A DNA stretch of 63,761 bases, counting the filler. It is 14 parts of 14 records of this genome, joined end to end, with 100 filler letters (N's around TTAATTAATTAA, not from the genome) between each part and the next. Parts side by side here need not be neighbours in the genome. Positions count along the whole stretch, not along the records: positions 59,526 to 61,586 come from SRR11831580_1273; positions 61,687 to 63,761 come from SRR11831580_1371; 12 more parts are not named here. One strand, written 5' to 3'. This document shows positions 60,126 to 63,761 of this stretch, piece by piece. Position 1 is the first letter of the stretch. Every line of letters starts with the position of its first letter. Both the position numbers and the translations under genes were made by a program. Under the pieces are notes generated by a model, which was not told the DNA's origin, ran no database searches, and saw only the letters and a list, made by a program, of their open reading frames with translations.

Positions 60126-60490
60126 ATGAATGCTGTTTTAAGTGTTCAGGGTGCTTCTGCGCCCGTCAAAAGAAGTCGTTTTTTTCCAAATTCACTCGTC
60201 TGAATATGCTTCGCCTGGCTCGCGCAGTGATCCCGGCTGCTGTTCTGATGATGTTCTTCCCGCAGCTGGCGATGGCCGCCGGCAGCAGTGGTCAGGACCT
60301 GATGGCAAGCGGTAACACCACGGTTAAGGCGACCTTCGGTAAGGACTCCAGTGTTGTTAAATGGGTTGTTCTGGCTGAAGTTCTGGTCGGTGCTGTCATG
60401 TACATGATGACCAAAAACGTCAAGTTCCTGGCCGGTTTTGCCATCATCTCTGTATTTATTGCTGTGGGTATGGCCGTCGTTGGCCTCTGA
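60126..60490 (+). CDS. traA: F propilin (apparent -1 homopolymer error at 60168-60171)
   Basis: GAGG RBS then [15 protein letters not shown]; mature pilin [13 protein letters not shown]; span of 365 nt is one short of in-frame. Confidence 0.95.
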
Positions 60491-60504
60491 CAGGAAATAA
60501 AACG

Positions 60505-60816
60505 ATGTCGGGAGACGAGAATAAACTTAAGAAATATCGTTTCCCGGAAACACTGACCAACCAGAGCCGCTGGTTTGGCCTGCCACTGGATGAACTGATC
60601 CCCGCAGCAATCTGTATTGGCTGGGGTATCACAACATCGAAATATCTGTTCGGTATTGGTGCAGCGGTTCTGGTTTATTTCGGGATTAAAAAACTGAAAA
60701 AAGGGCGGGGCAGTTCCTGGTTACGTGACCTGATTTACTGGTATATGCCAACAGCCCTGCTGCGCGGTATTTTTCATAATGTTCCCGATTCGTGTTTCCG
60801 GCAGTGGATTAAATAG
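60505..60816 (+). CDS. traL: Pilus assembly protein TraL
   Basis: YRFPETL...GLPLDE...IYWYMP; gene order. Confidence 0.94.
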
Positions 60817-60837
60817 AACTGATACCAGGATTGTTAT

Positions 60838-61404
60838 ATGGAACACGGTGCCCGTTTAAGTACCAGTCGTGTAATGGCCATCGCCTTTATATTTATGTCA
60901 GTGCTTATTGTTCTCAGCCTCTCTGTTAACGTCATTCAGGGGGTGAATAACTACCGTCTTCAGAATGAGCAACGCACTGCCGTGACGCCAATGGCATTTA
61001 ATGCCCCCTTTGCCGTGTCACAGAACAGTGCCGACGCCTCTTATTTACAGCAGATGGCGCTGTCATTTATTGCCCTCCGTCTGAATGTTTCATCAGAAAC
61101 CGTCGATGCCTCACATCAGGCGCTTCTGCAATATATCCGCCCGGGCGCACAGAACCAGATGAAAGTTATTCTGGCTGAAGAAGCGAAGCGTATTAAAAAC
61201 GATAACGTGAACTCAGCCTTTTTCCAGACCAGTGTTCGTGTCTGGCCTCAGTATGGCCGTGTGGAAATTCGAGGTGTGCTTAAAACCTGGATTGGTGATT
61301 CAAAACCTTTCACTGATATCAAACATTACATCCTTATTCTGAAGCGGGAAAACGGGGTGACCTGGCTGGATAATTTCGGGGAAACAGACGATGAGAAAAA
61401 ATAA
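60838..61404 (+). CDS. traE: Pilus assembly protein TraE
   Basis: 188 aa with N-terminal [11 protein letters not shown]...LNVS; gene order. Confidence 0.94.
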   Translation: MEHGARLSTSRVMAIAFIFMSVLIVLSLSVNVIQGVNNYRLQNEQRTAVTPMAFNAPFAVSQNSADASYLQQMALSFIALRLNVSSETVDASHQALLQYIRPGAQNQMKVILAEEAKRIKNDNVNSAFFQTSVRVWPQYGRVEIRGVLKTWIGDSKPFTDIKHYILILKRENGVTWLDNFGETDDEKK

Positions 61405-61586
61405 TACGGCAATAATATTCGGCAGCCTGTTTTTTTCCTGCAGCGTGATGGCCGCAAACGGTACGCTGGCCCCCACCGTGGTGCCAATGGTGAACGGTGG
61501 TCAGGCCAGTATTGCCATCAGCAATACCAGCCCGAATCTGTTTACCGTTCCCGGTGACCGGATTATCGCCGTGAACAGTCTGGATG
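61391..61586 (+). CDS. traK: T4SS outer-membrane core protein TraK, 5' fragment
   Basis: Signal peptide, ISNTSPNLF; overlaps traE end. Confidence 0.92.
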
Positions 61587-61686
61587 NNNNNNNNNNNNNN
61601 NNNNNNNNNNNNNNNNNNNNNNNNNNNNNNTTAATTAATTAANNNNNNNNNNNNNNNNNNNNNNNNNNNNNNNNNNNNNNNNNNNN

Positions 61687-63761
61687 AAGACCTGATTTAC
61701 CGTGGCAAACGCCTGGTAAACTGGGATCCGAAACTGCGCACCGCTATCTCTGACCTGGAAGTCGAAAACCGCGAATCGAAAGGTTCGATGTGGCACATCC
61801 GCTATCCGCTGGCTGACGGTGCGAAAACCGCAGACGGTAAAGATTATCTGGTGGTCGCGACTACCCGTCCAGAAACCCTGCTGGGCGATACTGGCGTAGC
61901 CGTTAACCCGGAAGATCCGCGTTACAAAGATCTGATTGGCAAATATGTCATTCTGCCGCTGGTTAACCGTCGTATTCCGATCGTTGGCGACGAACACGCC
62001 GACATGGAAAAAGGCACCGGCTGCGTGAAAATCACTCCGGCGCACGACTTTAACGACTATGAAGTGGGTAAACGTCACGCCCTGCCGATGATCAACATCC
62101 TGACCTTTGACGGCGATATCCGTGAAAGCGCCCAGATGTTCGATACCAAAGGTAACGAATCTGACGTTTATTCCAGCGAAATCCCTGCAGAGTTCCAGAA
62201 ACTGGAGCGTTTTGCTGCACGTAAAGCAGTCGTTGCCGCAGTTGACGCGCTTGGCCTGCTGGAAGAAATTAAACCGCACGACCTGACCGTTCCTTACGGC
62301 GACCGTGGCGGCGTAGTTATCGAACCAATGCTGACCGACCAGTGGTACGTGCGTGCCGATGTCCTGGCGAAACCGGCGGTTGAAGCGGTTGAGAACGGCG
62401 ACATTCAGTTCGTACCGAAGCAGTACGAAAACATGTACTTCTCCTGGATGCGCGATATTCAGGACTGGTGTATCTCTCGTCAGTTGTGGTGGGGTCACCG
62501 TATCCCGGCATGGTATGACGAAGCGGGTAACGTTTATGTTGGCCGCAACGAAGACGAAGTGCGTAAAGAAAATAACCTCGGTGCTGATGTTGTCCTGCGT
62601 CAGGACGAAGACGTTCTCGATACCTGGTTCTCTTCTGCGCTGTGGACCTTCTCTACCCTTGGCTGGCCGGAAAATACCGACGCCCTGCGTCAGTTCCACC
62701 CAACCAGCGTGATGGTATCTGGTTTCGACATCATTTTCTTCTGGATTGCCCGCATGATCATGATGACCATGCACTTCATCAAAGATGAAAATGGCAAACC
62801 GCAGGTGCCGTTCCACACCGTTTACATGACCGGCCTGATTCGTGATGACGAAGGCCAGAAGATGTCCAAATCCAAGGGTAACGTTATCGACCCACTGGAT
62901 ATGGTTGACGGTATTTCGCTGCCAGAACTGCTGGAAAAACGTACCGGCAATATGATGCAGCCGCAGCTGGCGGACAAAATCCGTAAGCGCACCGAGAAGC
63001 AGTTCCCGAACGGTATTGAGCCGCACGGTACTGACGCGCTGCGCTTCACCCTGGCGGCGCTGGCGTCTACCGGTCGTGACATCAACTGGGATATGAAGCG
63101 TCTGGAAGGTTACCGTAACTTCTGTAACAAGCTGTGGAACGCCAGCCGCTTTGTGCTGATGAACACAGAAGGTCAGGATTGCGGCTTCAACGGCGGCGAA
63201 ATGACGCTGTCGCTGGCGGACCGCTGGATTCTGGCGGAGTTCAACCAGACCATCAAAGCGTACCGCGAAGCGCTGGACAGCTTCCGCTTCGATATCGCCG
63301 CAGGCATTCTGTATGAGTTCACCTGGAACCAGTTCTGTGACTGGTATCTCGAGCTGACCAAGCCGGTAATGAACGGTGGCACCGAAGCAGAACTGCGCGG
63401 TACTCGCCATACGCTGGTGACTGTACTGGAAGGTCTGCTGCGCCTCGCGCATCCGATCATTCCGTTCATCACCGAAACCATCTGGCAGCGTGTGAAAGTA
63501 CTTTGCGGTATCACTGCCGACACCATCATGCTGCAGCCGTTCCCGCAGTACGATGCATCTCAGGTTGATGAAGCCGCACTGGCCGACACCGAATGGCTGA
63601 AACAGGCGATCGTTGCGGTACGTAACATCCGTGCAGAAATGAACATCGCGCCGGGCAAACCGCTGGAGCTGCTGCTGCGTGGTTGCAGCGCGGATGCAGA
63701 ACGTCGCGTAAATGAAAACCGTGGCTTCCTGCAAACCCTGGCGCGTCTGGAAAGTATCACC
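61687..63761 (+). CDS. valS: Valyl-tRNA synthetase, internal fragment (absent from ORF track)
   Basis: Frame from 61689: [50 protein letters not shown]. Confidence 0.98.

Larger units (their letters stand above)
59526..61586 (+). mobile_element. F-plasmid conjugative transfer region fragment (traJ end to traK start)
   Basis: Gene order traJ-Y-A-L-E-K and F-type pilin sequence. Confidence 0.96.

Noticed and set aside
61635..63734. 699-aa minus-strand ORF
   Set aside because: Antisense shadow of valS, explained by codon bias; no recognisable motifs; runs into Ns
58863..63761. F integrated between dmsC and valS (Hfr junction)
   Set aside because: Both boundaries are artificial spacers; no junction sequence or IS element is visible

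Overview
This window is not one locus. It is an artificial pseudomolecule of 14 short contigs joined by 13 identical 100-bp spacers (44 N + TTAATTAATTAA + 44 N, giving stops in all six frames). Thirteen contigs look like Escherichia coli K-12-type chromosome: hyaBCD; wzzE-wecA-rho-trxA-rhlB-gppA; spf/polA; dnaE-accA-ldcC-yaeR-tilS; nnr-tsaE-amiB-mutL; ycaO-focA-pflB; dhaLKR-ycgV; ybgD-gltA-sdhCD; ftsEX-rpoH-livJ; the S10/spc/alpha ribosomal cluster; mutY-yggX-mltC-nupG-speC; pflB-pflA-ycaKNMDC-dmsC; valS. One contig is the F-plasmid transfer region (traJ end, traYALE, traK start). I found no convincing undescribed biological system. The most striking signals are technical. Two apparent loxP half-sites at contig edges match, flanks included, the Roche 454 Titanium paired-end linker. 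A 454 Rapid Library adaptor remnant precedes dnaE. Single-base homopolymer indels break secY, rplC, rpsK, yggX, traA and probably ybgD. The data are best read as a fragmented 454 assembly of an F-bearing laboratory E. coli, possibly cloning-host contamination of another project. A few G>A missense changes could identify the strain. All gene identities and reference comparisons come from my recall of known sequences, not from database searches.
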